This document shows, in pieces, positions 31,898-41,666 of a DNA stretch of 64,000 nt; position 1 is the stretch's first letter, and each line of letters begins with the position of its first letter. The position numbers were made by a program, and so were the translations under genes. Origin of the DNA: Candidatus Eiseniibacteriota bacterium (GTDB taxonomy: Bacteria; Eisenbacteria; RBG-16-71-46; CAZAMP01). The notes below the pieces were generated by a model. It had not been told where the DNA came from, did no database searches, and saw nothing but the letters and a program-made list of their open reading frames with translations. The stretch is from the NCBI GenBank assembly GCA_965224245.1, contig OZ245046.1, forward strand, positions 3,424,001-3,488,000. Reading direction: 5' to 3'.

Positions 31898-32713
31898 CTA
31901 GGGGATGCGTGCGCCGATCACGGGCACCATCCACACGGCATAGGCTCGGGGGTCGCGGACGCTCGCGATCATGCCGTCGAAGTACGCGATCGCCTGCTCG
32001 CGCGTGAAGTGGGTGTGCTCGGCGACGGGGTCGACGTATCCATCGCGCCAGGCGGTGAAGATGGCCGCCAGCGTCTCGCGCGGAACGCGGAGCGTATCGG
32101 CCACCACGTAGTCGATCGTGATGTCGGTGATCCCCAGATCCACGAGGATCGCGTGCGTGTGCCGACCCACGAAGAGGTCGGTTCCGGTCGCGGCCCCGAA
32201 CTGAACCGGCCCGTGGTGCCAGAAGTCCCTCGGATCGGGGGTTCCCCGCTCGAAGTGCAGCATCCCGTAGTCCTCGGGGATGAGGTGCAGCCGTCCTCCC
32301 GGCCGCGTCACGCGGACGAGCTCGGCGATGGCGCGCTCGGGGTACGGAATGGAGTGCAGCACGTGACGGTTCACGGTCAGGTCGTACGTGTCGTCGGGCG
32401 CGTCCAGCGCGTAGACGCTCTGGTTGCCAAAGCTGAGGCGCGGCGCGAGCGGCGCGTAGCGCGATCGGGCGAACGCGAGGCTCTCGTCGAGGATGTCGAC
32501 GCCCAGCACGGTCGCGCGCGGGAACGTCTCGGCGAGCCGCGAGGAGATCTCTCCCGTGCCGCAGCCCACGTCGATCACGCGGATCTCGTCGGTCAGTCCG
32601 TAGCGCCGGATGAGCTCGGACTCCTGCGGCCAGATCGCGCGCGCCTGCGCGTCGAGCGTCCGCACCATGGACTCGTCCGCCATCTGCCTGGCGTGGGGAT
32701 TGAGATCGGTCAT
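31898..32713 (-). CDS. Class I SAM-dependent methyltransferase
   Basis: IDVGCGTGE, LGVDI, ELVRVTRPGGRL. Confidence 0.9.
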   Translation of the reverse strand: MTDLNPHARQMADESMVRTLDAQARAIWPQESELIRRYGLTDEIRVIDVGCGTGEISSRLAETFPRATVLGVDILDESLAFARSRYAPLAPRLSFGNQSVYALDAPDDTYDLTVNRHVLHSIPYPERAIAELVRVTRPGGRLHLIPEDYGMLHFERGTPDPRDFWHHGPVQFGAATGTDLFVGRHTHAILVDLGITDITIDYVVADTLRVPRETLAAIFTAWRDGYVDPVAEHTHFTREQAIAYFDGMIASVRDPRAYAVWMVPVIGARIP

Positions 32714-32914
32714 GGGCGAGAGCATACCAGGCGCGACGCATCCGCCCCATCGCGCATCGCGTCGGCCGGCCCATGCATGGGGGCGGCGCGGGTGGATGCT
32801 CACGGGAGTTTCATCGCGCGCCGGCTCGGGCTAGTGTTCCGGGTCCGACACGACGACGGCCCGCCGCGGGTGACCGCCATCCCGGCGGGCCATGCACGAC
32901 ACGACCGAGGTCCC

Positions 32915-34537
32915 ATGTCATCGAGCTGGATCGCCAACATCGACCGCTGCGAGGCCGTCGTCGCGGGTAACCGCGGCCCACGCGTCCTGATCCCCGTGGT
33001 GGGCAGCCGATCCGACGCCGCGTTCTGGAAGTCCGCCCTCACGCGGTCCGCGCCGGAGGTCCAGAACGCCGACGGCCGGGTCGCGGTCGCGCCGGCGGTC
33101 GAGACGCGTCGCCTCGGCAACCTCCTGGGAACCCTCGCGGCGTGGTCGGAGGCCGGCCCCATCGACCGCCGCGACGTCGCGCTGATCAGCATGGTGGTCG
33201 GCCAGGGGAAGCGACTGAGCCCGTTCACCCAGGCCCTCGGCAACCGCAAGGCCGCCTTTCCCACACCCCGGCGTGGCTCGGACGGCGCGTTTCTGACCAT
33301 GTGCGAGGTCGCGAACTTCTCGGTCTGCCCGTGGGCGGACGTGCTCCGAGACGCGGGCTTTCGCGGCGTCATCGTCAAGTGGGGCGACGAGGCGGTGGTG
33401 CCCGGCGTCCCCTTGACCGCCTCCGCATCGGCGTTCGGCGACGTGGACGTGGTGCGGCTCGTCGGCGACGCCGAGCCCACCGACGAGCTCGCGCGGCAGA
33501 AGGAGTGGATCGTCACCGACTCCCGGACCGGCGACGTGGCCGGCGTGGTGGCCCGACAGCCGCACCGCTCGCTGATCGCGCGCCTCGACGAGCTCGGCGG
33601 CGCCGATCGGCGCGTCGGGATCAACCTGGGAAGCCTCGCCATCGGGCACGACCTGATCACGATCATCCACGAGGCCTTCGCCGACGCACTGGAGCGGCCC
33701 GGCGTGTGGATCGACTGGGATCCCTACTTCTGGATCGCGCTGGCCTGCGAGACGCGTGACCGGTGGCGCGCCGAGGGCGCCCGCGAGCGCGCCATCGGCA
33801 AGTCGGACCTCGACACGCTGGAGGCACGCGTGCCGGACTTCGTGGATCGCGTCCACCGCGTCCGCGATCTCTTCCGGGATCGCCTGGGGCGACCCATCCG
33901 CCAGCGGGCGCTGGCGTTCGGCGAGCCCCTGTGGATCGACCTGGGCCAGCAGACGGCGCTGCGCGAGCACATGGAAGCGCTGCTCGCGCACGACGATCAC
34001 GGGGCCGCCCTCCGGCGCCTGCACCGCATCGGCGAGCGCCGCGACGCGCGGGGCAACATCGTCGTCGACGGGCTCGTGGCTCCCGATGCCGACGTTCGCG
34101 ACAGCATCATCATCGGATCGACGATCGCCGACGGCCGATCGCGCGTGCACCGCGGCGTCATCCTGGGCAGCCGGATCGGACGGGTCGACATGCCGCGTGG
34201 CGGCGCCCTCATCGAGTGCGTCCTCGGCGACGCACGCGCCGAGGGCGAGGGTGCGATCGCGTTCCGTTCCCTGGGAGACGCGCTGGCCCTCTCTGCCCTC
34301 GATCGTCACACGAGCCTCGTGCTGGGAGGGCGCGTGGTCGACGTGCGCGGCAGCGAGACCCTCCGGTCCTACGACGGCGAGGCGTACGAGGCGCCCGTGC
34401 TGGGCAACACCATGTCTTTCGCCGAGCTCGCGACGCGCGCGGGGGCGGCGGACGGCCGATCGCTCGCCGACGACTGGATGCGTCACGCGACCCGGATCGC
34501 GGCCCGCATCGCGGCCCGCATCGACGCCGGCGGCTGA
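32915..34537 (+). CDS. Hypothetical protein, sugar-phosphate nucleotidyltransferase-like
   Basis: VVGQGKRLSPFTQALGNRK resembles the GxGxRL.P.T...K signature; WGD; C-terminal beta-helix-like stretch. Confidence 0.55.
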   Translation: MSSSWIANIDRCEAVVAGNRGPRVLIPVVGSRSDAAFWKSALTRSAPEVQNADGRVAVAPAVETRRLGNLLGTLAAWSEAGPIDRRDVALISMVVGQGKRLSPFTQALGNRKAAFPTPRRGSDGAFLTMCEVANFSVCPWADVLRDAGFRGVIVKWGDEAVVPGVPLTASASAFGDVDVVRLVGDAEPTDELARQKEWIVTDSRTGDVAGVVARQPHRSLIARLDELGGADRRVGINLGSLAIGHDLITIIHEAFADALERPGVWIDWDPYFWIALACETRDRWRAEGARERAIGKSDLDTLEARVPDFVDRVHRVRDLFRDRLGRPIRQRALAFGEPLWIDLGQQTALREHMEALLAHDDHGAALRRLHRIGERRDARGNIVVDGLVAPDADVRDSIIIGSTIADGRSRVHRGVILGSRIGRVDMPRGGALIECVLGDARAEGEGAIAFRSLGDALALSALDRHTSLVLGGRVVDVRGSETLRSYDGEAYEAPVLGNTMSFAELATRAGAADGRSLADDWMRHATRIAARIAARIDAGG

Positions 34538-34691
34538 CCCGACCGTTCACCTTGTACATTGTCGCCCGGAATCCCCGTGCGAAGGACGAGTGCTCCCGCC
34601 TCGCGGGCGGTATGATGACGGCGCTCGGTTGCCCGGGGTTGGCGACCCGCCCGTCGCCGCGACGCGGTGATGCAGTCTCGGAGGGATCGTC

Positions 34692-37421
34692 ATGTCGCAT
34701 TCCGCCGCCTGGCTGGCACGTTTCACACTCACGCTCGCTCTGGCCACGAGCGCCGCGGCCGCGCTCGCGAGCGAGCCCGTGGCCCTCGATCCCGCGCTGG
34801 CCCGGCGCCATCAGCTCGAGTCCGGTACCCGTCAGTCGATCACGATCCGGGTCGCCGACACGCCCGGTGCGGAGCCACGCGCGGCCGACGGCGCGATCGA
34901 CGTCACCGTCAGCCTCGCGGGGTCGCCGGTGGTCATCCACCTCGAGCCCCACGACGTCCGGGCACCCGGCTTCACGGTGCTCGCGGAGTCGGCCTCGGGT
35001 GCGCGACCGGTACCGGTGGCCCCGCCGCGCACGTACCGCGGCCACGTGCTCGGGCGGCCCGAGGTGCGCGCCGCCGCCACCGTCGACGGCGGCGAGCTCC
35101 GGGCGCGACTCACCGATGGCACCGAGACGTGGTGGCTGGAGCCGGTCGGAGACGGATCCACCGAGCACCTCGTGTATCGATCCGAGGAGGTCCTTCCCCT
35201 TCCCGGCGTGTGTGTGCTCCCCGACGGTGTCGCGTCCGCGCCGGCGGCGGGCCCGGATGCCGACCCGGACGCGATCGGCGGGGACCCCGGGTGCGGCAGC
35301 CTCTGCCAGATCGCGATCGACGTGGATCCCCAGTACGCGGGGATCTTCGACACCCTGGACGAGGTCGTGGCCGACATCGAGGGGCTCCTGAACGTCGTCG
35401 ACGCGATCTACGCCGACGATCTCGGCATCACCTACGAGATCACGACGATCCACATCCACGGGGCCGACGAGACACCGTACTCGACGAACGACCCGTACGC
35501 GCTCCTGGATCAGTTCGCCGCGCTCTGGAACACCGAGTACGCCGACGTCGTGCGCGACGTGGCGCACCTCTTCACGGGTCGCGAGCTGTCGGGCGCCGTG
35601 ATCGGGATCGCCCAGGTGGCGGCGATCTGCACCGACGAGGGCTACGGCATCTCGCAGTCGTTCTTCGGCGGCAACTACGCACAGCGGGTCACCGTCACCA
35701 CGCACGAGCTCGGACACAACTGGAGCGCCCTCCACTGCAACGGCGATGCCGACTGCCAGATCATGTGCGCGAGCGTCTCCGGCTGCACGAGCGAGAAGGA
35801 GCACTTCGGGCGCCGGTCGCTGAGCGCGATCGCCGCTCACCGGGCCACGCGGACGTGCCTGGACGACGGCGGCCCGGTGGCGCCCTCGTCGAGGGACGAC
35901 GACACGGTCACGCTCATCGGCGAGCCCGTCGACGTCGACGTGCTGGCGAACGACTTCAGCGTGACCTGCGCGGAGCTCACGATCACCGCGTTCGACGTGA
36001 CGACCGAGGCCGGCGGAACGGTCGCCCGTCACGCCGGTGGAGGCGAGGGCGGTCGCGACGTTCTCACCTACGTGCCGCCGGCGGGCTATGAGGGGACCGA
36101 CAGGTTCGGCTACGTCATCGTCGACGACCAGGCCCTGGAGGCGACCGCCCGCGTGCGCGTGGACGTGCTCGAGTTCCGGGATCCCGACGCGGCGACGGAG
36201 CGTGCGCCAGGTCTGGCCGCCACGTACTACGCCTATCCGCGCCCGTTCTCCGCGCCGGACCTCGACGCGTTCACGGCCTACGCGTCCGACGCGCTGCCCG
36301 AGCTGTTCTTCCGGCGGACCCTCCGCGAGGTCGGGACCAGCGGACGGATGGACGAGGTGGGCGCCCGCATCGCGGGGACGATCGTCCTCGACGAGCCGGG
36401 GACCTACACGTGGTTCGTGACCGCCGACGACGGTGCCCGCGTGAGCGTGGATGGCGTGCCGATCGTGGAGAGCTCGTTCTCGGAGGCGTCCGGGAGCCTC
36501 GATCTCGAGGCCGGCGAGCACGCGCTCGTCGTCGAGTACTACGAGATCGACGCGGCCTCCGGCCTCAGCGTGGAGCTGGAGGGCCCCTCGCGTCCTCGCG
36601 CCGTCGTGGCCACCGATCTCACCGGCGGCGCGGACTTCGCGGTGAGCTACTACGCACTGCCCGACGCGGCCTGGCTGCCCGACTTCACGACCCTCGTCCC
36701 GCTCGCGTCGGAGACGGTCCCCTCGCTGTTCCGGGTCTCGCAGACCGGAGAGCTGGGCACCAGCGGACGCGCGGACCTCGTGGCCGCCCAGTACGTCGGG
36801 TTCCTGGAGGTGCCCGTCCGGGGTGTCTACCGCGTGTGGTTGGAGTCGGACGACGGCTCGGCGCTGTGGATACACGACCGCCGGATCGTCGTGAACGACG
36901 GTGGTCATCTGATGCGAGATCGCGGCGGCTGGATGGCCCTCGAAGCGGGCGCGCACCCGATCCGGGTGGACTACTTCCAGAAGCGTGACGCGCACGGGCT
37001 CATCGCCCGGATCGAAAGTGACGGGCTCGAGCGACAGGTGATCCCGGCCGACTGGCTGTCGCAGACCGACGTCGGCACGCCGATCCTGCCGCCGGGCGAC
37101 GGCTCCGATCCCTCGGGGGGCACCCCGAGCGCGCTCTCGGTCGGGCGGGTGACCCCGAACCCGTTCTCGTCGATCACGACCGTGGAGATCGCGGTCCCGG
37201 GCGACGGGCGAGCGGAGGAGGCCGTCCGGGCCGACGTCCACGACGCGGCGGGACGCCGGGTCGTGTCGCTGGCCGTTCGCCCTCCCGGAGCCGACGGAGT
37301 CACGACGGCGTCCTGGGATGGCCGGGACTCGGCGGGACATCCGGTCGCGCCCGGCGTCTACTTCCTGCGCGTTCGGTCCGGATCCCACCAGGTCGTGCGT
37401 CCGGTGCGGCTGACCCGATGA
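34692..37421 (+). CDS. Secreted M12 metallopeptidase + Ig-like domain + two PA14 domains + CTD
   Basis: HELGHNWSALH, CQIM Met-turn, DVLAND..YVPPAGYEGTDRFGY, TADDGA and ESDDGS PA14 motifs. Confidence 0.88.
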   Translation: MSHSAAWLARFTLTLALATSAAAALASEPVALDPALARRHQLESGTRQSITIRVADTPGAEPRAADGAIDVTVSLAGSPVVIHLEPHDVRAPGFTVLAESASGARPVPVAPPRTYRGHVLGRPEVRAAATVDGGELRARLTDGTETWWLEPVGDGSTEHLVYRSEEVLPLPGVCVLPDGVASAPAAGPDADPDAIGGDPGCGSLCQIAIDVDPQYAGIFDTLDEVVADIEGLLNVVDAIYADDLGITYEITTIHIHGADETPYSTNDPYALLDQFAALWNTEYADVVRDVAHLFTGRELSGAVIGIAQVAAICTDEGYGISQSFFGGNYAQRVTVTTHELGHNWSALHCNGDADCQIMCASVSGCTSEKEHFGRRSLSAIAAHRATRTCLDDGGPVAPSSRDDDTVTLIGEPVDVDVLANDFSVTCAELTITAFDVTTEAGGTVARHAGGGEGGRDVLTYVPPAGYEGTDRFGYVIVDDQALEATARVRVDVLEFRDPDAATERAPGLAATYYAYPRPFSAPDLDAFTAYASDALPELFFRRTLREVGTSGRMDEVGARIAGTIVLDEPGTYTWFVTADDGARVSVDGVPIVESSFSEASGSLDLEAGEHALVVEYYEIDAASGLSVELEGPSRPRAVVATDLTGGADFAVSYYALPDAAWLPDFTTLVPLASETVPSLFRVSQTGELGTSGRADLVAAQYVGFLEVPVRGVYRVWLESDDGSALWIHDRRIVVNDGGHLMRDRGGWMALEAGAHPIRVDYFQKRDAHGLIARIESDGLERQVIPADWLSQTDVGTPILPPGDGSDPSGGTPSALSVGRVTPNPFSSITTVEIAVPGDGRAEEAVRADVHDAAGRRVVSLAVRPPGADGVTTASWDGRDSAGHPVAPGVYFLRVRSGSHQVVRPVRLTR

Positions 37422-37436
37422 TCGGAGCCGCCCGCG

Positions 37437-40028
37437 TCACTCGATCCGCACGACCTTCGACGTTCTGACGAGGCCCGGGGCGCTCAGCCGGAAGAAGTAC
37501 ACGCCGGCCGTCACCGGGCGCCCGACCTCGTCCTGCCCGTCCCACGTGACCGTGCCGCCGCCCGCCGGGGCGAGTCCATCGAGCACCGTGGCGATCCGGC
37601 GTCCCACGACGTCGTGCACGGTGACCCGGATGGGTCGCGCGGACTCGAGCGTGAAGTCCACGCGGGAGGCCCGCGTGAACGGGTTCGGGACCGCCGGTCC
37701 GAGGCCGATGGTGACCGACGCCGTCGGCTCGGACACCCCGACGGTGGCGGCGCCCGTCCCGCGCACCAGTGACACCCCGCGGTCCAGGTCGTACGGCGGG
37801 TACCCGATGACGGCGGCCACGTCGCCGACCCCGTCGCCGGTGAAGTCGCCGAAGGCGAGATCGGTCGGACTGAAGCCGACGCCGTAGCGCACGTGCGGCT
37901 CGAACGTGCCGTCGCCCCGGTTGCGGTAGAACGAGAAGTCGTTCGACCCGAAGTTCAGGAGCATCGCGTCCACGTCGCCGTCCGCGTCGGCGTCCCCGAC
38001 GGTGAGGCTCCGGACGCCGCCGATCGTCGAGTACGACGCGACGTAGCGGGAATACGGCTCGAACGTCCCGTCACCGTGACCGATCAGGACGCACATCGAC
38101 TGCTGGGGATCGCCGGCCATGTTGCAGGTCAGGAGATCGGCGAACCCGTCACCGTTCAGGTCGGCGCCGACCACGTCCTTCGGCCCCCAGTCGGTGACGA
38201 AGCGGGTGAACGGCCCGAACGTGCCGTCGCCGTTCCCCATCGAGACCGCGATCGCGTCGGCCTCGGTCCAGACGAGGTCGCGGTTGCCGTCCCCGTCGAG
38301 GTCGACGCCCCGGACGATCTCGGCCGCGATGAACGTCGGGTGGACGTACGGCGCCATGAACGTCCCGTCGCCCGCGTTCTCGCAGATGTAGATGAAGTTG
38401 CTGTCCCCGCCCCCGGCGCAGCCGAGATAGTCGGTCAGGAACACGTCGAGATCGCCGTCGTTGTCCATGTCGAACGCCTCGATGCCGCCGGTCCCGCAGG
38501 TGCCAACGGGCCAGGTCACCGTCGGACCGAACGTGCCGTCGCCGAGGTTCGTCCGCGTGTGGAAGTCGTACGGCGGCGACGTCGGGGCGGTGGCCCACAG
38601 AAGATCGACCATCCCGTCCCCGTCCAGGTCGCGCAGCTTCACGTCCAGCGCGGCGCGCGGCGCGGGATAGATCTCGATCGGCGCCAGCGTGCCGTCGCCC
38701 TGATTGCGGAGCACGCCGATCACGCCGCTGGTGGAGTAGTAGCCGGACGTCGCGACGTCCAGATCGCCGTCACCGTCGACGTCCGCGGCGTCCATGTGCT
38801 CGTGAAACGCACCGGCCGGTGTGGACGGCGGCGACCGGAACGCCCCGTCGCCGGGGTTGGGATGCACGGTGATCTCGAGCGAGTTGCGGCTGACGATGAC
38901 CACGTCGGCGTGGGCGTCCCCGTCCACGTCGGCGGTGTCGATGGCCACCGGGGAGTCGCCGGCCGGGAGCTCGGTGCCCGGCAGGAAGCCCCCCGAGCCG
39001 TCGCCGCGGGCGAAGGTCCAGCTCCCGGTGTCGATGTGCACCGTCATCAGATCGACCCATCCGTCACCGGTGACGTCCGTGACCGCCATGTCGACCGGTC
39101 CGGCCAGGAAGTCCACGATCGGGACGAACGACACGGGCGCGAACGTGCCGTCGCCCGCGTTGGCGAACGTGGCCACCGCGTAGTCGTCGGTGTCGATCTG
39201 GGATCGCGTGCTTCCGTAGAAGATGTCCAGGTCGCCGTCGTTGTCGGAGTCGGCGAGCCGCACGCACGGGAACACGTCGTTCACGCCGAACCCGGCGTTC
39301 AGCGCGACCGGAGCTGCGAAGGCACCTCCGGTGTTCATCAGCACCGCCACCTGCGTGCCCTCGCACGCGGCGACCACGTCCGGACGGTCGTCGCCGTCGA
39401 GGTCTCCGGCGACGAGCTTGTAGGGCGCGGGCAGCGCGGGGAACACCCGAGGGGGTCCGAAGCCGCCGCTGCCGTCGTTCAGAAGCAGCACGACGGTGCT
39501 TCCGAGGCCGATGCGGCCGTAGCCGGCGACCGCGAGGTCGACGTGTCCGTCGCCGTCGAAGTCCGCCGGGGCGATCCCCACCGGACCCTCCACGGCCGCG
39601 TAGTCCTGGCGGGGAGCGAACGTCCCGTCGCCCTGGTTCAGCAGCACCGAGATCGACGTACCCAGCATCGAGCTCCCGGTGTTGGCGGCGACGATGTCGC
39701 CGAAGCCGTCGCCGTCAACGTCGGCCACCTGGACCTCGAAGGAGCTGCCCTGGATCGTGTAGTAGACCGCCTCGGCGTAGCGCCCGTTCTCGTTGATCAG
39801 CACGCTCACGATGCGGGGAAAGAACCAGTGCGAGGTGACGGCGTCCGGGTCTCCATCCCCGTCGAGATCGGCGACGGCGCCCGCGTACGGGAAGTGCGCG
39901 TCGCCGTAGAAGCCGGTGTCGAAGCCGTACCACGTGTCGAAGCCGGGCTCGAACGCGAGGACGGCCGGCGCCAGGATCAGCGCCGCCATCACAGCCGGGC
40001 CGACGGCCGTTCGGCTCATCGTGCTCAT
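37437..40028 (-). CDS. Secreted FG-GAP repeat protein (14 repeats) with CTD
   Basis: Fourteen DxDGDGxxD repeats; signal peptide; GGAGG before ATG 40028. Confidence 0.9.
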   Translation of the reverse strand: MSTMSRTAVGPAVMAALILAPAVLAFEPGFDTWYGFDTGFYGDAHFPYAGAVADLDGDGDPDAVTSHWFFPRIVSVLINENGRYAEAVYYTIQGSSFEVQVADVDGDGFGDIVAANTGSSMLGTSISVLLNQGDGTFAPRQDYAAVEGPVGIAPADFDGDGHVDLAVAGYGRIGLGSTVVLLLNDGSGGFGPPRVFPALPAPYKLVAGDLDGDDRPDVVAACEGTQVAVLMNTGGAFAAPVALNAGFGVNDVFPCVRLADSDNDGDLDIFYGSTRSQIDTDDYAVATFANAGDGTFAPVSFVPIVDFLAGPVDMAVTDVTGDGWVDLMTVHIDTGSWTFARGDGSGGFLPGTELPAGDSPVAIDTADVDGDAHADVVIVSRNSLEITVHPNPGDGAFRSPPSTPAGAFHEHMDAADVDGDGDLDVATSGYYSTSGVIGVLRNQGDGTLAPIEIYPAPRAALDVKLRDLDGDGMVDLLWATAPTSPPYDFHTRTNLGDGTFGPTVTWPVGTCGTGGIEAFDMDNDGDLDVFLTDYLGCAGGGDSNFIYICENAGDGTFMAPYVHPTFIAAEIVRGVDLDGDGNRDLVWTEADAIAVSMGNGDGTFGPFTRFVTDWGPKDVVGADLNGDGFADLLTCNMAGDPQQSMCVLIGHGDGTFEPYSRYVASYSTIGGVRSLTVGDADADGDVDAMLLNFGSNDFSFYRNRGDGTFEPHVRYGVGFSPTDLAFGDFTGDGVGDVAAVIGYPPYDLDRGVSLVRGTGAATVGVSEPTASVTIGLGPAVPNPFTRASRVDFTLESARPIRVTVHDVVGRRIATVLDGLAPAGGGTVTWDGQDEVGRPVTAGVYFFRLSAPGLVRTSKVVRIE

Positions 40029-40163
40029 GCAATCCTCCAGGTTGCGCGCCCGTCCGACGTCCCATCGGACGAGATGCCTCGTTCCATCCGCCGTGCCTCC
40101 CGGCTGGTCACACGGTGTTCTGCTCTCGATTCTCTCCACGTCGACTCGTTGCGCGGTCGACCC

Positions 40164-41609
40164 TCATCGGAGGGTCCCCTCGCCCACGAGCGTCGCCTCC
40201 CCGGCGCGGACCGTGACCTGCGTCGAGGGGAACTCCAGATCCAGCGTGGCGCGGGTCGTCCCGCCCAGCAGCTCGTTGTTTCCGAACCCGAGCGTGACGG
40301 TGCCGGCCAGACATCCGTCGAGAACCGGCAGGCCGGTCGGTCCCGCTCCGGCCGGATTGATCCCGATGCGGACGCTGGCGAGAAGGTCGGCGTCCCCGGC
40401 GGCGTGCGCGATCGCGCCACGGATCAGCTCGGCGCCGCTGTCCCCGCGCACGTCGGTGATGCGGCCGTCGCGCAGCTCGAGCGCGACGTTCCAGACGTGA
40501 CGGCCGCCCACCAGTCCGTAGTCGGCGACCCACGTGCCGCTCGCCCTCGGGGTCGCCGGGAGGATCGTCAACGAGCCGGCCGGAAGGACGTCGAAGCCGA
40601 AGCCCGACCCCAGGTCCTCGCGGGAGACGACGCCGTCGTTCACGTGCGCCGACGCGAGGTCCACCGTCACCGTCAGGTCGGTGCCACGCGTGCAGCCGAG
40701 CGACAGTGACGCGCCGTCGCGGATCCGAGATCGAACCGACTGCGCGCGTTCGGCGAGCCGCTCGTAGTCGGTGTGTACGCACCGCCAGTACAGATCGATC
40801 GCCGCCTCGGGCGTGACGTTTCCGGTCTCGAAGTGCCCGCGGTGCGGCAGGTCGACCTCGAGGTAGCGTGCGCCCCGCTCCCGGATTCGTTGCTGCCAGC
40901 CCGAGACCGCGTCCAGCACGATCGGAAGCTTCTCGCGCTGCGCCCCGCTGGGCGGCGCGCCCTGCGGCATGTGGGTGCTGATGAAGAGCACCGCGTCCAG
41001 GGTCCCGTCCAGATGCGCGTCCAGGAACGGGAGCCGCGCCAGCGACGCGGCATCGTGACGATCGAGGGTCCGGAGAACGACGTTGCGCGACCACAGCTTC
41101 GGTCGCGGTCGCGCTCCGAGTGCCTCGATCTCGACGACGCACGCCTCGGCGAGCTCGAGCCCCATGGGGCCGAACATCACGAGGACGGTCTCGTCCTCGT
41201 GCACGCCGAGACACGTCGCCACGACGGTGCGCGCGACCTCTCCCAGGTCGATGTCGAGGATCTCCTTGCGACGCCAGTCCAGGAACGCCGCCTCGGCCGA
41301 CTGCCGGAGCGCGGCCGACGTGCTGCCGTCACCACAGGCCAGTGCCGGATCCATCAGGAAGTTGCGCGCCACCGCGCGGTAGTAGCGCTCCTCGCGACGC
41401 CGCTTGCGGCCCGTTCCCACGACCTCGAGGAGACCGTGCTCGAGAAGCTGCCGGACGTGGTAGTGAGCGCGGTTGGCGGGCATCTCGAGCTTCCTGGCGA
41501 CCCCGGTGACGGTCAGGGGCTCGCGCGTCAGGAGGTTCAGCATTCGAAGCCGCTCCTCGCGCGCGATCGCCCAGATCTGCGACATGCGCAGGAGCTCGAA
41601 GTCCTTCAT
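40164..41609 (-). CDS. ArsR-type winged HTH fused to degenerate M29 aminopeptidase-like domain
   Basis: RLRMLNLL..LTVTGVARKL..HYHVRQLLEHGLLEV..ERYYRA; GTDLTV, LELRDGRI, IGIN, GTV.LGFGNN. Confidence 0.8.
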   Translation of the reverse strand: MKDFELLRMSQIWAIAREERLRMLNLLTREPLTVTGVARKLEMPANRAHYHVRQLLEHGLLEVVGTGRKRRREERYYRAVARNFLMDPALACGDGSTSAALRQSAEAAFLDWRRKEILDIDLGEVARTVVATCLGVHEDETVLVMFGPMGLELAEACVVEIEALGARPRPKLWSRNVVLRTLDRHDAASLARLPFLDAHLDGTLDAVLFISTHMPQGAPPSGAQREKLPIVLDAVSGWQQRIRERGARYLEVDLPHRGHFETGNVTPEAAIDLYWRCVHTDYERLAERAQSVRSRIRDGASLSLGCTRGTDLTVTVDLASAHVNDGVVSREDLGSGFGFDVLPAGSLTILPATPRASGTWVADYGLVGGRHVWNVALELRDGRITDVRGDSGAELIRGAIAHAAGDADLLASVRIGINPAGAGPTGLPVLDGCLAGTVTLGFGNNELLGGTTRATLDLEFPSTQVTVRAGEATLVGEGTLR

Positions 41610-41646
41610 GGCGATCGTCTCTTCCGTCCCGCCCGGCGGTCCGGTA

Positions 41647-41666
41647 TATGCAATTTTTCTTGCATA
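41647..41666. promoter_or_regulatory. Perfect inverted repeat TATGCAA-N6-TTGCATA, likely autoregulatory operator
   Basis: AT-rich palindrome 38 bp upstream of the HTH gene start. Confidence 0.7.

Noticed and set aside
34494-34523. 12-bp tandem repeat encoding RIAARIAARI
   Set aside because: Short low-complexity C-terminal duplication with no evident function
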